From the NCBI GenBank assembly GCA_965541585.1, contig CBEUCH010000006.1:32001-96000 (forward strand): DNA of 64,000 bases. The letters run 5' to 3'. Position 1 is the stretch's first letter. Each line of letters begins with the position of its first letter. Positions 21,417-30,922 of the stretch are shown in pieces. This stretch comes from an uncultured bacterium (lineage in GTDB: Bacteria > Zixibacteria > MSB-5A5 > UBA10806). Both the position numbers and the translations under genes were made by a program. A model generated the notes under the pieces. The model had not been told where the DNA came from and ran no database searches. It was given only the letters and a program-made list of their open reading frames with translations.

Positions 21417-21598
21417 GATAGTCCCCCGGTTATAACTACTGAAACGAACTGCCCCAGGATCTCCTGAGTTATCATAAAAAATATAGGTAATAATCTATTA
21501 TAGTCAAGATGTTTCAGGGTCCGGGGCGGTCACGATCCTACAGATCCGTCCATACGGACGCCCGTATGGGCGTATGGATAAAGGTGACACGCGGGGAT

Positions 21599-21631
21599 AA
21601 AAGAAAGAGGGCCGTATATCGATACGCCCTT
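21599..21631 (-). terminator. putative intrinsic terminator after carboxypeptidase gene
   Basis: Minus strand GGGCGTAT-CGAT-ATACGGCCC followed by TCTTTCTTTT. Confidence 0.5.
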
Positions 21632-21654
21632 ACAAAGACTATTTAATTGGAAGG

Positions 21655-23172
21655 CTAAATTCCATAGAGTTCGCTGAATTTGGTGTGGAGGTATTCCATC
21701 AATGGTTGATGCGAGAGCGGTTTGCCGGTAACCTTCTTAACCAGATCCTCGGCGCGGTAACGTTGCCCATGATGATGGATATTCTTCCTCAGCCAGCCGA
21801 GCAACTGCGAGAAATCACCTTTAGCAAACTGAGAATCGAGATCGCCGAGATCCTCCGAGGCCTTGGCAAAGAATTGCGCCGCGTAGAGGTTCCCCAGCGT
21901 GTAGGTGGGGAAATAGCCGATCAATCCGGCAGACCAATGAACATCCTGCAAACAACCTTCCCTATCGTTGGAAGGCTTTATGCCAAAGTATTTTTCGAAT
22001 TTCTCATTCCAGATCACTGGAACATCCTCGACCTTTATATCACCGTTGAAAAAGGCGCTCTCCATCTCGAACCGCAGCAGTATATGGAGATTATAGGTCG
22101 CCTCGTCGGCCTCCACCCTGATATACGATGGTCGAACATCATTGACAGCAGAATGGAACTGATCGATCGTGACATCCTTCAGAGCTTTCGGGAATGCAGA
22201 CTGTGCCTTCGAGAAAAAATGCTCCCAGAATGATTTGCTGCGGGCGACCATGTTCTCCCACATCCTGGATTGCGACTCATGAATTCCCAGTGACGTTGAT
22301 TCGCCGCAGGGGGTTCCGTAGAACTTATCCGGTAACCCCTGCTCGTAAATCCCGTGCCCGGCTTCATGCATTATGCCGAAAAAGGCCCCGGGGAAATGGT
22401 TTTTGTTGTAGCGGGTAGTTATGCGAATGTCTCCGGGGCCAAAACCGGTACAGAAAGGATGGACGGTTAAATCCAGCCGCCCGGCTTCGAAATCAAAACC
22501 GATGACGGCGGCGGCATCGATGCCGAATTTCTCCTGTCGGTCGATAGGATAATCGCGGGTAATTATAGAGCCGTCCGGGCCATTGCCGGACGATTTTATC
22601 CTTGCAATAAGATCCACCAGCTCATCGCGCAAACCTGCAAAGACCTTTGTAATCTGCTTCGTGGTCGCTCCCGGCTCGAAATCGTCGAGCATGGCATTGT
22701 AGGGAGTGCCGTTGTAGCCGACAGCCTCGGCCTCCTGTTGCTTAAGCTTGACAATTTTCTCCATCCAGGGTTTGAAGGCCGTGAAATCCGATTTTTCGCG
22801 AGCGTCCTGCCATGCCCGCTGCGATAACGTGATGGTTCTGCTCAGTTCCTCCACCAGAGATTTCGGGACCTTGACTGCCCTGTCGTAGGCGCGTTTTATC
22901 TCCCTTAAATTGGCCGAATCAATGTCATCATCGGTGGGATTCAAGCCATTGTAGACCAACTCGTTTATGATCTCGCCTATTCTGGATGATGTCAACCTGT
23001 CGTGCACCATCCCCGCTAAAAGAGCTACCTGATTGGCCCTGTTTTCAGAGCCGTTAGGCGGCATATATGTCCTCTCGTCCCAGTCAAGAACTGCCATGCA
23101 GGAGCTAAGCGTGGTGATCTCCCTGGTTAGTCCATATAGTTCTTCAGTCAGGTCTTTTCTTTTTTCAGACAT
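21655..23172 (-). CDS. carboxypeptidase Taq family (M32)
   Basis: 'HPF', 'DIRITT', HEAGH, 'HESQSR', 'IRVEADE', 'GCLQDVHW', 'GYFPTY'. Confidence 0.95.
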   Translation of the reverse strand: MSEKRKDLTEELYGLTREITTLSSCMAVLDWDERTYMPPNGSENRANQVALLAGMVHDRLTSSRIGEIINELVYNGLNPTDDDIDSANLREIKRAYDRAVKVPKSLVEELSRTITLSQRAWQDAREKSDFTAFKPWMEKIVKLKQQEAEAVGYNGTPYNAMLDDFEPGATTKQITKVFAGLRDELVDLIARIKSSGNGPDGSIITRDYPIDRQEKFGIDAAAVIGFDFEAGRLDLTVHPFCTGFGPGDIRITTRYNKNHFPGAFFGIMHEAGHGIYEQGLPDKFYGTPCGESTSLGIHESQSRMWENMVARSKSFWEHFFSKAQSAFPKALKDVTIDQFHSAVNDVRPSYIRVEADEATYNLHILLRFEMESAFFNGDIKVEDVPVIWNEKFEKYFGIKPSNDREGCLQDVHWSAGLIGYFPTYTLGNLYAAQFFAKASEDLGDLDSQFAKGDFSQLLGWLRKNIHHHGQRYRAEDLVKKVTGKPLSHQPLMEYLHTKFSELYGI

Positions 23173-23396
23173 TCGACGGCCTTTCCTTCTTCGAAACGAA
23201 TTGCACTTTTAACGAGTAGGCATTATATATGATTCATTATCGGAATCCAAATGAAAAAGCTGACGCTATCACTAAATATATCACGAACAATGATGGCAGT
23301 TGAATCGCTGCCGGCGGGAGACGTTACGCGGGCTTGTTCAGTTTCAAATATTGACATATTCGCTGAAGAAAGGCAGCTTTTCAGGCGTTATCGCTT

Positions 23397-24590
23397 ATGA
23401 GTAGACTTTTCCCTCTGATATTCGCTGTTGTTGTCTTTTCCGTTGTTGCCGGAATTGACATATTGCTTTTGAAATACCTCCATCCTGACTGGTGGAGGAG
23501 ACGAGCAATTCGCTATCCGGCGCTTTTTGTAATGCCGGTGGGCGTACTATTCGTCGGCATCTGGATAATAGGGGTCTACGCTGGCGTGACCGGTCTGTCG
23601 CGTTTCGGGGCGTTTATGGCAGCGTCAATATTTCTTTTGCTGTTGGCGATTCTGGTATCGATGCCGTTTTCAGGAATTGTTCATATTGGAACAAGGTTAT
23701 TCGTATTCCTGCAGCGTAAGGCGAGCGAACCCGATACCGACGTTTCTACCGGCAGGCGAAGGTTTTTGAGGGATGCGGCCGCCGTATTCCCGGCGGCTGC
23801 CCTGACATCAAGTGTTGCCGGCATTGCGGATTCGTTCAGCAAGATCAGGGTGCCGGTCAGGAAAATCCCGATAGCCAATTTGCCCGACACGCTCATTGGT
23901 CTCAAGATAGCTCATTTGTCCGATTCGCATCTCGGAATCTATGTGGGCTTGAGCGATATGGAACAGGCGGTCGAGCTTGTCAAGCCGCACCAGCCGGATC
24001 TCGCACTGGTGACGGGCGATATCTCCGATCATCTCGACATTTTAGGCGATGCTATTGAAATCATAAGCAGCCTGAAGCCGCGCTATGGCATATACGCATC
24101 GGTGGGAAACCATGAGTATTATCGCGGTATAAATAGGGTGCGGCAGATATTCGAGACCGCTCCTTTTCCGATGCTGATCAATGAAAACAGGCTTATCGAG
24201 ATCGGGGATACCCCGGTTGTCATCGGTGGTGCAGACGATCCCCGGTTTATGCGAGGAGATTCATCGCAATTCCTGCACGACACCATAGAAACCACCATGG
24301 GATCGGCGCCGTCGCAATCCTTCAAGATCCTGATGAGCCATCGTCCCCCCGGTTTCAATCATGCGGCCGAAATGGGGATCGACCTGGTTCTGGCGGGTCA
24401 CACGCACGGCGGCCAACTGGGCATGTTCGGGCAGAGCCTGTTCGAAGGAGTTATACCTGACACTTATCTTTGGGGCATATACCGTCGCGACAGGACGACA
24501 CTGCATACCTCCGGCGGCATGGGGCACTGGCTGCCGTTCAGGCTGGGCTGCCCCGCCGAAGCGCCGATTTTGATATTGGAAAAAGGATAG
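23397..24590 (+). CDS. membrane-anchored metallophosphoesterase (YkuE-like)
   Basis: N-terminal TM helices; DSH, GD, GNHE, SH, GHTHGGQ motifs. Confidence 0.9.
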   Translation: MSRLFPLIFAVVVFSVVAGIDILLLKYLHPDWWRRRAIRYPALFVMPVGVLFVGIWIIGVYAGVTGLSRFGAFMAASIFLLLLAILVSMPFSGIVHIGTRLFVFLQRKASEPDTDVSTGRRRFLRDAAAVFPAAALTSSVAGIADSFSKIRVPVRKIPIANLPDTLIGLKIAHLSDSHLGIYVGLSDMEQAVELVKPHQPDLALVTGDISDHLDILGDAIEIISSLKPRYGIYASVGNHEYYRGINRVRQIFETAPFPMLINENRLIEIGDTPVVIGGADDPRFMRGDSSQFLHDTIETTMGSAPSQSFKILMSHRPPGFNHAAEMGIDLVLAGHTHGGQLGMFGQSLFEGVIPDTYLWGIYRRDRTTLHTSGGMGHWLPFRLGCPAEAPILILEKG

Positions 24591-24603
24591 ACTCAATCTA
24601 AAT

Positions 24604-24640
24604 AAGGGCTGGTGCACACCGTTGTACACCAGCCCCTATC
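24604..24640. terminator. hairpin between convergent genes (probable bidirectional terminator)
   Basis: GGGCTGGTGCAC...GTACACCAGCCC inverted repeat. Confidence 0.55.
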
Positions 24641-24683
24641 TTATCGTGCGTATGCGCTGATCAGAAATTAAGACTATCGCCTG

Positions 24684-25313
24684 TCAGAAACTTTCGCGTT
24701 TCCGCATCTCCTGGATTTGCCGTTCCATTTTCTCCTCGATCATCTCCAGTTTGCAGGCCATTTGCTCTATCTTCTCGGCTCTGGCCTCAAGCTTCTCGGC
24801 ACAGACCTCTATTTCTGCTGCCTTCTGTTCTATCTCTCGTTCCAGGTCATCGGTGTCGTAATCCGATCGTAGAAGTTTAAAGACCGACGCCAACGCGTCA
24901 ATGCCGAGCCTGGCCCCCGCCACGCCGATTCTTGCGCCCTCTTTACCTATCTTTCTGGCGTCCTCCTGGATTTGCATGGTCAGATCGTGAAACTCCATCA
25001 CCAGTTCCTTCTGCTCGTCGTCGAGCTCAACCTTGCGGCCGTTGACATAAATCCTGTAGTCGTCGGTTATCTTGACCTTTGCATAGCGGCGGGACCTGGG
25101 TGATAGAATAATCGTACCATCGTCTATTTCCATATCGTAATTCCCGATATCGCATCGAGGGACGCAATCCCAGGGACGACAGTCAAAATCATAACTCATA
25201 ACACGGCAATCAAATTTACTGGTGAATGAATATTCGCCGCAGTCGTTATCCGCCGCTGCGGCCGGTGAGAAGGCCATTAAAGATAAGCCCAAAATAACAA
25301 TAAAACTTCTCAT
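24684..25313 (-). CDS. secreted DUF2884/YggN-like protein
   Basis: Signal peptide; 'I..D..IYVNG..V.L...Q' then long coiled helical region. Confidence 0.6.
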   Translation of the reverse strand: MRSFIVILGLSLMAFSPAAAADNDCGEYSFTSKFDCRVMSYDFDCRPWDCVPRCDIGNYDMEIDDGTIILSPRSRRYAKVKITDDYRIYVNGRKVELDDEQKELVMEFHDLTMQIQEDARKIGKEGARIGVAGARLGIDALASVFKLLRSDYDTDDLEREIEQKAAEIEVCAEKLEARAEKIEQMACKLEMIEEKMERQIQEMRKRESF

Positions 25314-25468
25314 TTGATCACCTCCGTCTGATAAAGATCATTTATATTATGTACGGATTTCCGGGCAATCGGTTTCCAATTAAATGTTTCCACAGAACCC
25401 GTACGATGAGTATATTTATGGCCTGGAAGCGATACGGCCGGGCAGGCATCCGGGAAAAGGAGCGAAAT

Positions 25469-26200
25469 ATGGAAAATGCCGACTGCATATCTCAAAGCTG
25501 GAATGGTAAATGTCTGGCTGTTAAGATTTTATTCTCCCGTGCCGGAATCGCGCAGCAAATCCGGGTGGCCGCCGAAACCGGTGCAGTCCTTATCGATACC
25601 GGGGACGGCATAATCCGGGATATCAGGGCGCACGGCCTGAGCCGCGATAGAATCGATGGGATATTCTTCACCCACGGACATTTTGACCATATGGGAGGAC
25701 TGCATTCGCTTCTGGGATTTATGAGAATGATCGGCAGGCGGGATGATCTCCCGGTTATCGTGCCGGAGGGGTGCGTGGAGGTGATGACAATCGTAAAGAA
25801 TTTTATCAAAATATATGGCGACAGTATCCCCTTCAAAATTCTTTTGAAAGAAGCCCGGCCTCGCGAGACTTTTGAGATCGGCGGCATGAATATCGAGGCT
25901 TATCCGGTGGTTCATTGCGGGAGCATCGAGGGCGAGCCGGTGCTGGATCGGATTCCTGCTTTTGGATACCGGATCTCGCATAACGGTGAGTCAGTTGCCA
26001 TAAGCGGCGATACCGGCGATTGCCAATCGCTGCGGGAGATGGTCAAAGATGCCGATTTCGCTATCCTGGAGGCCACATTCGAGAAAAGCTCCGAGGCTAC
26101 CGATGAGGAGTTGGCGAAGGTGCATCTCTCCGAGGAGAGCGCCGCCGAGATCGGCGCGCTGGCTAAAGAGTTTATACTGGTTCATAAGGGGAGACGGTAA
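25469..26200 (+). CDS. metallo-beta-lactamase-fold hydrolase, RNase Z-like
   Basis: AAGGAG RBS; LIDTGDG, THGHFDH, SGDT, EAT, H motifs. Confidence 0.8.
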   Translation: MENADCISQSWNGKCLAVKILFSRAGIAQQIRVAAETGAVLIDTGDGIIRDIRAHGLSRDRIDGIFFTHGHFDHMGGLHSLLGFMRMIGRRDDLPVIVPEGCVEVMTIVKNFIKIYGDSIPFKILLKEARPRETFEIGGMNIEAYPVVHCGSIEGEPVLDRIPAFGYRISHNGESVAISGDTGDCQSLREMVKDADFAILEATFEKSSEATDEELAKVHLSEESAAEIGALAKEFILVHKGRR

Positions 26201-26227
26201 TAGTACTTTAGCCTGGATAGTTTTTAC

Positions 26228-26252
26228 GGGGACAGAACACTGTTCTGTCCCC
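26228..26252. repeat. perfect palindrome between convergent genes (REP-like or terminator)
   Basis: GGGGACAGAAC-ACT-GTTCTGTCCCC. Confidence 0.55.
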
Positions 26253-26269
26253 GCATTACTTCGTTAACT

Positions 26270-27061
26270 TTAGTCAACCCGTCTCGCCCTTACACCGAAA
26301 TCGATATTATCGGTTACCCAATGGAAAAAACGGGTCTGTTCTGCGAAAGCGGTATTCGGCAGGAAGATCTTAGGATCCTTCCATGATACGAGCACGTCGG
26401 CGTCCTGGGTCCAGATCTTGACCCTGCTTCTTTTGACCTTTGTCTGCCAATTCCTTCCCACTATCGGGCTTGTGTAGAGCAGTCGTATTGTCACGCTTCT
26501 CGCCAGCTTCTCTAGAGGTTTAACCACCAAGCTCCCGAAATCGGTCTTACCGTTACGCTTAACGTCCGGTATACCATCACTGATCATCACGATGGAGATG
26601 GGTCGCAGTACCAGGTTTTTATTCTTGATTGTCAGAGCGACCTGTTCGAAAAAAGCGTTGTAATCGGTGAAAGGATTCGATTGGTCTTTGGGAAAAATCT
26701 CCTTTAGTTTAGCGGCGATTTCCTCCACCGATTTGTTCTGAAACGATTGTATCGGATAGAATGTCTTAGGTTCGTTTGCCCTGGCGCCCCCTATGGAGCT
26801 GACAAACAGTACGCGGGGGATCTCCAGCCCGCCAAAACCGTTAAGATGGCCGTAGATATAATTGGCGAGAAAATCGATTGAATCGTCGAAATGCCCGCCG
26901 TTGATAAACGATCCGCTGATATCCACACCGATAAACATCGAAAGCCGTGGATTAGGACCATCGCTCGAAAAACTGCATCCGCACAATGCCAGCGATATGC
27001 AGCACAACATCAATATCGGTGCTTTGAGCCTAAGCATTTTGATATTCCTCGACCTTTTCAT
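26270..27061 (-). CDS. putative lipoprotein with vWA-like (MIDAS) domain
   Basis: Lipobox-like 'LALCGC'; 'GVDISGS' DxSxS, 'TD', 'MISDG'. Confidence 0.6.
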   Translation of the reverse strand: MKRSRNIKMLRLKAPILMLCCISLALCGCSFSSDGPNPRLSMFIGVDISGSFINGGHFDDSIDFLANYIYGHLNGFGGLEIPRVLFVSSIGGARANEPKTFYPIQSFQNKSVEEIAAKLKEIFPKDQSNPFTDYNAFFEQVALTIKNKNLVLRPISIVMISDGIPDVKRNGKTDFGSLVVKPLEKLARSVTIRLLYTSPIVGRNWQTKVKRSRVKIWTQDADVLVSWKDPKIFLPNTAFAEQTRFFHWVTDNIDFGVRARRVD

Positions 27062-28283
27062 GTATTTTCGCCTCCGGTTTGGCTCTTCTTTTAGTTCTCC
27101 CTGATATATCGTCTATCAGATCCCTGGAGTTCTTGATGGACTTGAGATTTGTGAAGGGAAGATCGAAAAGGTGATTCGACGATAAAAGAAGGGTTCCGAA
27201 ATTTATGGCAGCGGCAATAACCTGCAGCGGCGGGAGAATAAACGACGCCAGAAGCTCCTCGCCTTTCATCTGGATCCATTGGGTTTCGCTTTTGATCCTG
27301 CTTACGAACTCCGAGGAGACACCGAGCAGACGGCTCTTGCCGTTCTCATTGGTGCTGAACATGACCACTCCCTTACCCTGAATCATATGCATGATCGTGG
27401 GAGTACCATGGGCGGCGAATAGGAACCATGACAGCGATCTTATACCGAACCAGACAAAGCATGAAATACCAAGGATCCCCAATATACCCAGCTCGAAATT
27501 CTCCGTGTACTGCGCGAACCACGGCACCAGCGAATCGACGAATTCCCTGTAAAGAAACACGACTTCTACGAAGAGTACAACCGTCTCGATTACACCGATA
27601 CCGATTATCGACGATACGTTTTTACCCTTAACCGATTCCACGAAGGTCGACAGCACGGCGTAACTTCCCAGAATCATAAAGAGCAGGAATAGAAACAACG
27701 GTATACGGATGAAATTTAGCGGTAGATTCTCGCCGGTAATATTGGAAAACGTATCGACAACCAGCGGCGTCATTACATAGGTGAATATGAAGGCCTCTAT
27801 CAGGCACCAGAAGACTGTCATAAACACGGCCACCCAGGGAACGGGCGAGCTGAGCACGTTTTGGCTGAGTCCTTTGATCAGCCTGAACGGCGTATAGATG
27901 ATCTCCTGCACCACCGACCAGATCCCGAATATGGCGACTTTGAAAAGCCCCACCAATGCGATCACCAGGTTGAAGAAAAATCTTATAATACCGCCCCAGA
28001 AATAAATGATCGATTTTCCCAGGTCCCACCAGGTTACGAGTAAGACGGTCAAAAACGCCACTCGTCGTTGCCTCATTAATACGGTCAGGATGCAGGCCAT
28101 AGTAATCCAGCATCCCAGAATTACCGCGAGCACTGGTAAAAGAAAGAACAGCCTTTTGCCCATACTGATCCAGAATTGATCATTTGCCCCCCAGGCGAAC
28201 GTCAGAAACGTGCTCTGGAAAAAGAGGGGAAAGAACAGTATGGAAAGGGCAACCTTAACAATACCATTAGGTTCGTTAAACAT
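27030..28283 (-). CDS. polytopic membrane protein of unknown function
   Basis: 417 aa, many hydrophobic segments, GGAGG RBS; overlaps vWA gene. Confidence 0.75.
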   Translation of the reverse strand: MFNEPNGIVKVALSILFFPLFFQSTFLTFAWGANDQFWISMGKRLFFLLPVLAVILGCWITMACILTVLMRQRRVAFLTVLLVTWWDLGKSIIYFWGGIIRFFFNLVIALVGLFKVAIFGIWSVVQEIIYTPFRLIKGLSQNVLSSPVPWVAVFMTVFWCLIEAFIFTYVMTPLVVDTFSNITGENLPLNFIRIPLFLFLLFMILGSYAVLSTFVESVKGKNVSSIIGIGVIETVVLFVEVVFLYREFVDSLVPWFAQYTENFELGILGILGISCFVWFGIRSLSWFLFAAHGTPTIMHMIQGKGVVMFSTNENGKSRLLGVSSEFVSRIKSETQWIQMKGEELLASFILPPLQVIAAAINFGTLLLSSNHLFDLPFTNLKSIKNSRDLIDDISGRTKRRAKPEAKIHEKVEEYQNA

Positions 28284-28568
28284 GAATAGACCTCCCGGTA
28301 TTAGTATTTCGTTTTTACCAAATTTAATATCATTATAATATCGGCAAATTTCAGGCCGTTATAATATTTTTGTTTAGAGGGGTAGTTTTGTTGACAAGAA
28401 TAGTAATAGGTGAGAAGTTTATCGTCCATAAGCGTTTGCGGGAGTTGGAAACCTGTTTCGGCCTGGTCATCACGGAGATAGAGGTTATCTGCGCCCGAAG
28501 CAGCCGTGGGTCGGGAGCCCCGCGCTCCCGACACCCGATTTCGATAAATCAAAACAGGGAGACCCAAA

Positions 28569-29333
28569 ATGAAACAAAATCCGATAATCGATTCTATGCT
28601 CAACCGCAAATCGATACGCAAATTCACAGAGGAGATGCCGTCCGACGAGGTGTTAGAGTCAATCGTCCGGGCGGGACAGCAGGCGCCGTTTGGCGGCCAG
28701 CTTTACAGTATCCTCCTGTCGCGCCAACGCAAGCACAACGCCTTCCACGCGCCGCTTCTGTTCACGTTTTGTGTCGATCTGAACAGGATGGAGATCATAA
28801 TGAAGAAGCGGGGCTGGAAGATGATCACCAACGATCTTTTTATGTTCATATTCGGTATCCAGGACGCCACGCTGGCGGGCCAGAATATGGTCATGGCGGC
28901 CGAGAGCCTGGGGATGGGTTCGGTTTACTTAGGCGAGGTGCCGTACTGGACCACGAAGATCAGGAAAAAATACAAGCTTCCGAAACGCGTATTCCCGTTT
29001 GTGCAGCTGGCCATGGGCTACCCCGCCGAGGACGAGCCGACGCGCCCCAGGTACCCGATGGATTTCACGCTGTTTGAGAACGAGTATCCGAAATTCACCG
29101 ACCAGATGGTGGAGCGGGCCATGAAGGTTATGGACGACGGCTACATGGGGCAGGATTATTATAAGAAAGCAAAACGCATGATCTCCCTTAAGGACGGCCG
29201 CGAGGAGACTTATACATACGATAACTACGGCTGGACCGAGCATATCTCCCGCAAGTGGGGCCAGTGGCATCCCGATATCGATAGACTTTTAGATAATTTC
29301 AAAGAATGCGGTTTGGAGCTGGAGAGGAAATGA
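28569..29333 (+). CDS. nitroreductase family protein (NfsA/Frp-like)
   Basis: 'RKSIRKF', 'DATLAGQN...AAESLGMGSVYLG', 'GYP....RPRYP'. Confidence 0.9.
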   Translation: MKQNPIIDSMLNRKSIRKFTEEMPSDEVLESIVRAGQQAPFGGQLYSILLSRQRKHNAFHAPLLFTFCVDLNRMEIIMKKRGWKMITNDLFMFIFGIQDATLAGQNMVMAAESLGMGSVYLGEVPYWTTKIRKKYKLPKRVFPFVQLAMGYPAEDEPTRPRYPMDFTLFENEYPKFTDQMVERAMKVMDDGYMGQDYYKKAKRMISLKDGREETYTYDNYGWTEHISRKWGQWHPDIDRLLDNFKECGLELERK

Positions 29334-29758
29334 GGATTAGGAAAGTAGGACAGGAGTTTGCTCCCGAGACCCGTCTTTAAAAAAAAATAATACACAATCA
29401 GATAATCGATCCCTAAATGGCAAGGTTCTCAGCATCGCTCCGGGCGAATTATTGGTAGTTTCTACTAGTTACGGTTTCCGTTAAGCGGGGATTAACGGAA
29501 ATGGCCTTCAGAGAATTGACCCAACCTCGAAGAAACTTGACTTTTGATATTGCAGGACTAACGTAAAATGTCGTACAATAATTGGGGGTAGGTCATATGT
29601 GAGAGGCCATTACAGATCTAAGTAATTAAGAACAATCAGATGAAGAAGAATAATAAGAGAATCATTGAACCACTCATACCAATATTGAACGTGGACCTGG
29701 ACCAACGTCTCCGACTAAAACTCCTGCCCCAATTCTTCCTTAACTATTCGGTCTAAAA

Positions 29759-30184
29759 ATGCTCAAAGAGAAAGTGTTTGTCAGCTTTGATTATAAAAAA
29801 GACAAGAAGTATAAGTCTATGCTCGAAGCTTGGAATAATAATCCTCACTTCCAATTCGTTTTCCCCGATGCCACTCCTCGAGAGATCAATAGCAAAAATG
29901 CAGGACGTGTTAAAGCAGCATTAACGTCAAAAATAGCATCAGCAAGTCATACGCTCGTTATTGTTGGAGAGGAGGCGAATAAATTGCATAAAGACAATAG
30001 GCTTATTGGGTCTAGGAATTGGATGAATTTTGAAATCAGTAAAAGTAAGGAACTTGGAAAAAAACTCGTTGCCGTTAAACTTAATCGCCTAAATAGATCA
30101 CCACTTGCATTGTTTGGTGCCAATGCCTCATGGGCTATGAGCTTTACTCAGCCTGCGATAATGATGGCCTTGATTGAAGCCTGA
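29759..30184 (+). CDS. stand-alone TIR-like domain protein (DUF1863/MTH538, ThsB-like)
   Basis: 'KVFVSFDY..D', 'TLVIVG', 'WMNFEI' with putative catalytic Glu, 'LVAV'. Confidence 0.8.
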   Translation: MLKEKVFVSFDYKKDKKYKSMLEAWNNNPHFQFVFPDATPREINSKNAGRVKAALTSKIASASHTLVIVGEEANKLHKDNRLIGSRNWMNFEISKSKELGKKLVAVKLNRLNRSPLALFGANASWAMSFTQPAIMMALIEA

Positions 30185-30227
30185 TTCTCTTAACAGGACT
30201 TGCCATGCCTGGTGTGTCCTGCCATAC

Positions 30228-30337
30228 ACTTATACTGGACCGACCATATCTCCCGTAAGTAGGGCCAGTGGCATCCCGATATCGATGAGCTTCTGGATAA
30301 TTTCAAAGAATGCGGGTTGGAGATGGAGAGAGGATAG
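30228..30337 (+). pseudogene. decayed copy of nitroreductase 3' end
   Basis: Matches 29208-29336 (ctggaccga.catatctcccg.aagt.gggccagtggcatcccgatatcgat...gataatttcaaagaatgcgg); has an internal deletion and TGG>TAG. Confidence 0.85.
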
Positions 30338-30341
30338 AATC

Positions 30342-30562
30342 TTCAATGCGTCGTCAGGAACCCATTCCTGACGATTTCCGGGTTTCTGTAAGGAAAGGGT
30401 TCCTTACAGCGCCTAAAAATCGACGAACTTCTGGATAATTTCAAAGAATGCGGTTTGGATTTGGAGAGGGAGTGAGGATTGGCAGTTTCAATGCGTCGTC
30501 AGGAACCCATTCCTGACGATTTCCGGGTTTCTGTAAGGAAAGGGTTCCTTACAGCGCCTAAA
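30342..30562. repeat. two identical 76-bp REPIN-like palindrome doublets (30342-30417, 30487-30562)
   Basis: Each has GTCAGGAA-CCCA-TTCCTGAC and an inverted relative GTAAGGAA-AGGG-TTCCTTAC; 145-bp period. Confidence 0.85.
30419..30482 (+). pseudogene. second, shorter copy of nitroreductase 3' end
   Basis: atcga...gataatttcaaagaatgcggtttgga.ttggagagg..tgaggatt matches about 29277-29340. Confidence 0.8.
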
Positions 30563-30679
30563 GAGATACCAACTAAAAGACTGAATGGCCTATGATGTTA
30601 AGCAAACCCTTATTAGGGTTAAGGTTAACTAAAGAATAGGGGAGAGTCATCGATACCCTAAATAGGTAAATAAATCAAT

Positions 30680-30708
30680 TTGACAATTGAGACGCCGATA
30701 ATTATAAT
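30680..30708 (+). promoter_or_regulatory. perfect sigma70 consensus promoter upstream of HD-NTase pair
   Basis: TTGACA-17 nt-TATAAT. Confidence 0.85.
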
Positions 30709-30922
30709 AGTATCTTAGTGTTATGGGTAGAACGGATGAGTTGTTCCTATGGCCAACATCAATACTGAAAATGTTAATACGAAAATTAAATTATTACGCT
30801 TGCACTTAAAGTATTTATTATCTAAAATAAGATAGAGTAAAAACTGTGTCCAGAGCCAACAAAAAGATCACTGTTTTGAGAAACAAATCAAGATCCTATT
30901 GCGTAGATAATAATGAAGGGCA

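Noticed and set aside
21546..21580. Imperfect palindrome TCCATACG...CGTATGGA as a mobile repeat
   Set aside because: Single copy in the window; cannot be distinguished from an ordinary intergenic hairpin.
30342..30562. Possible CRISPR array
   Set aside because: Only two 76-bp repeats, the 'spacer' is a nitroreductase fragment, and there are no cas genes.
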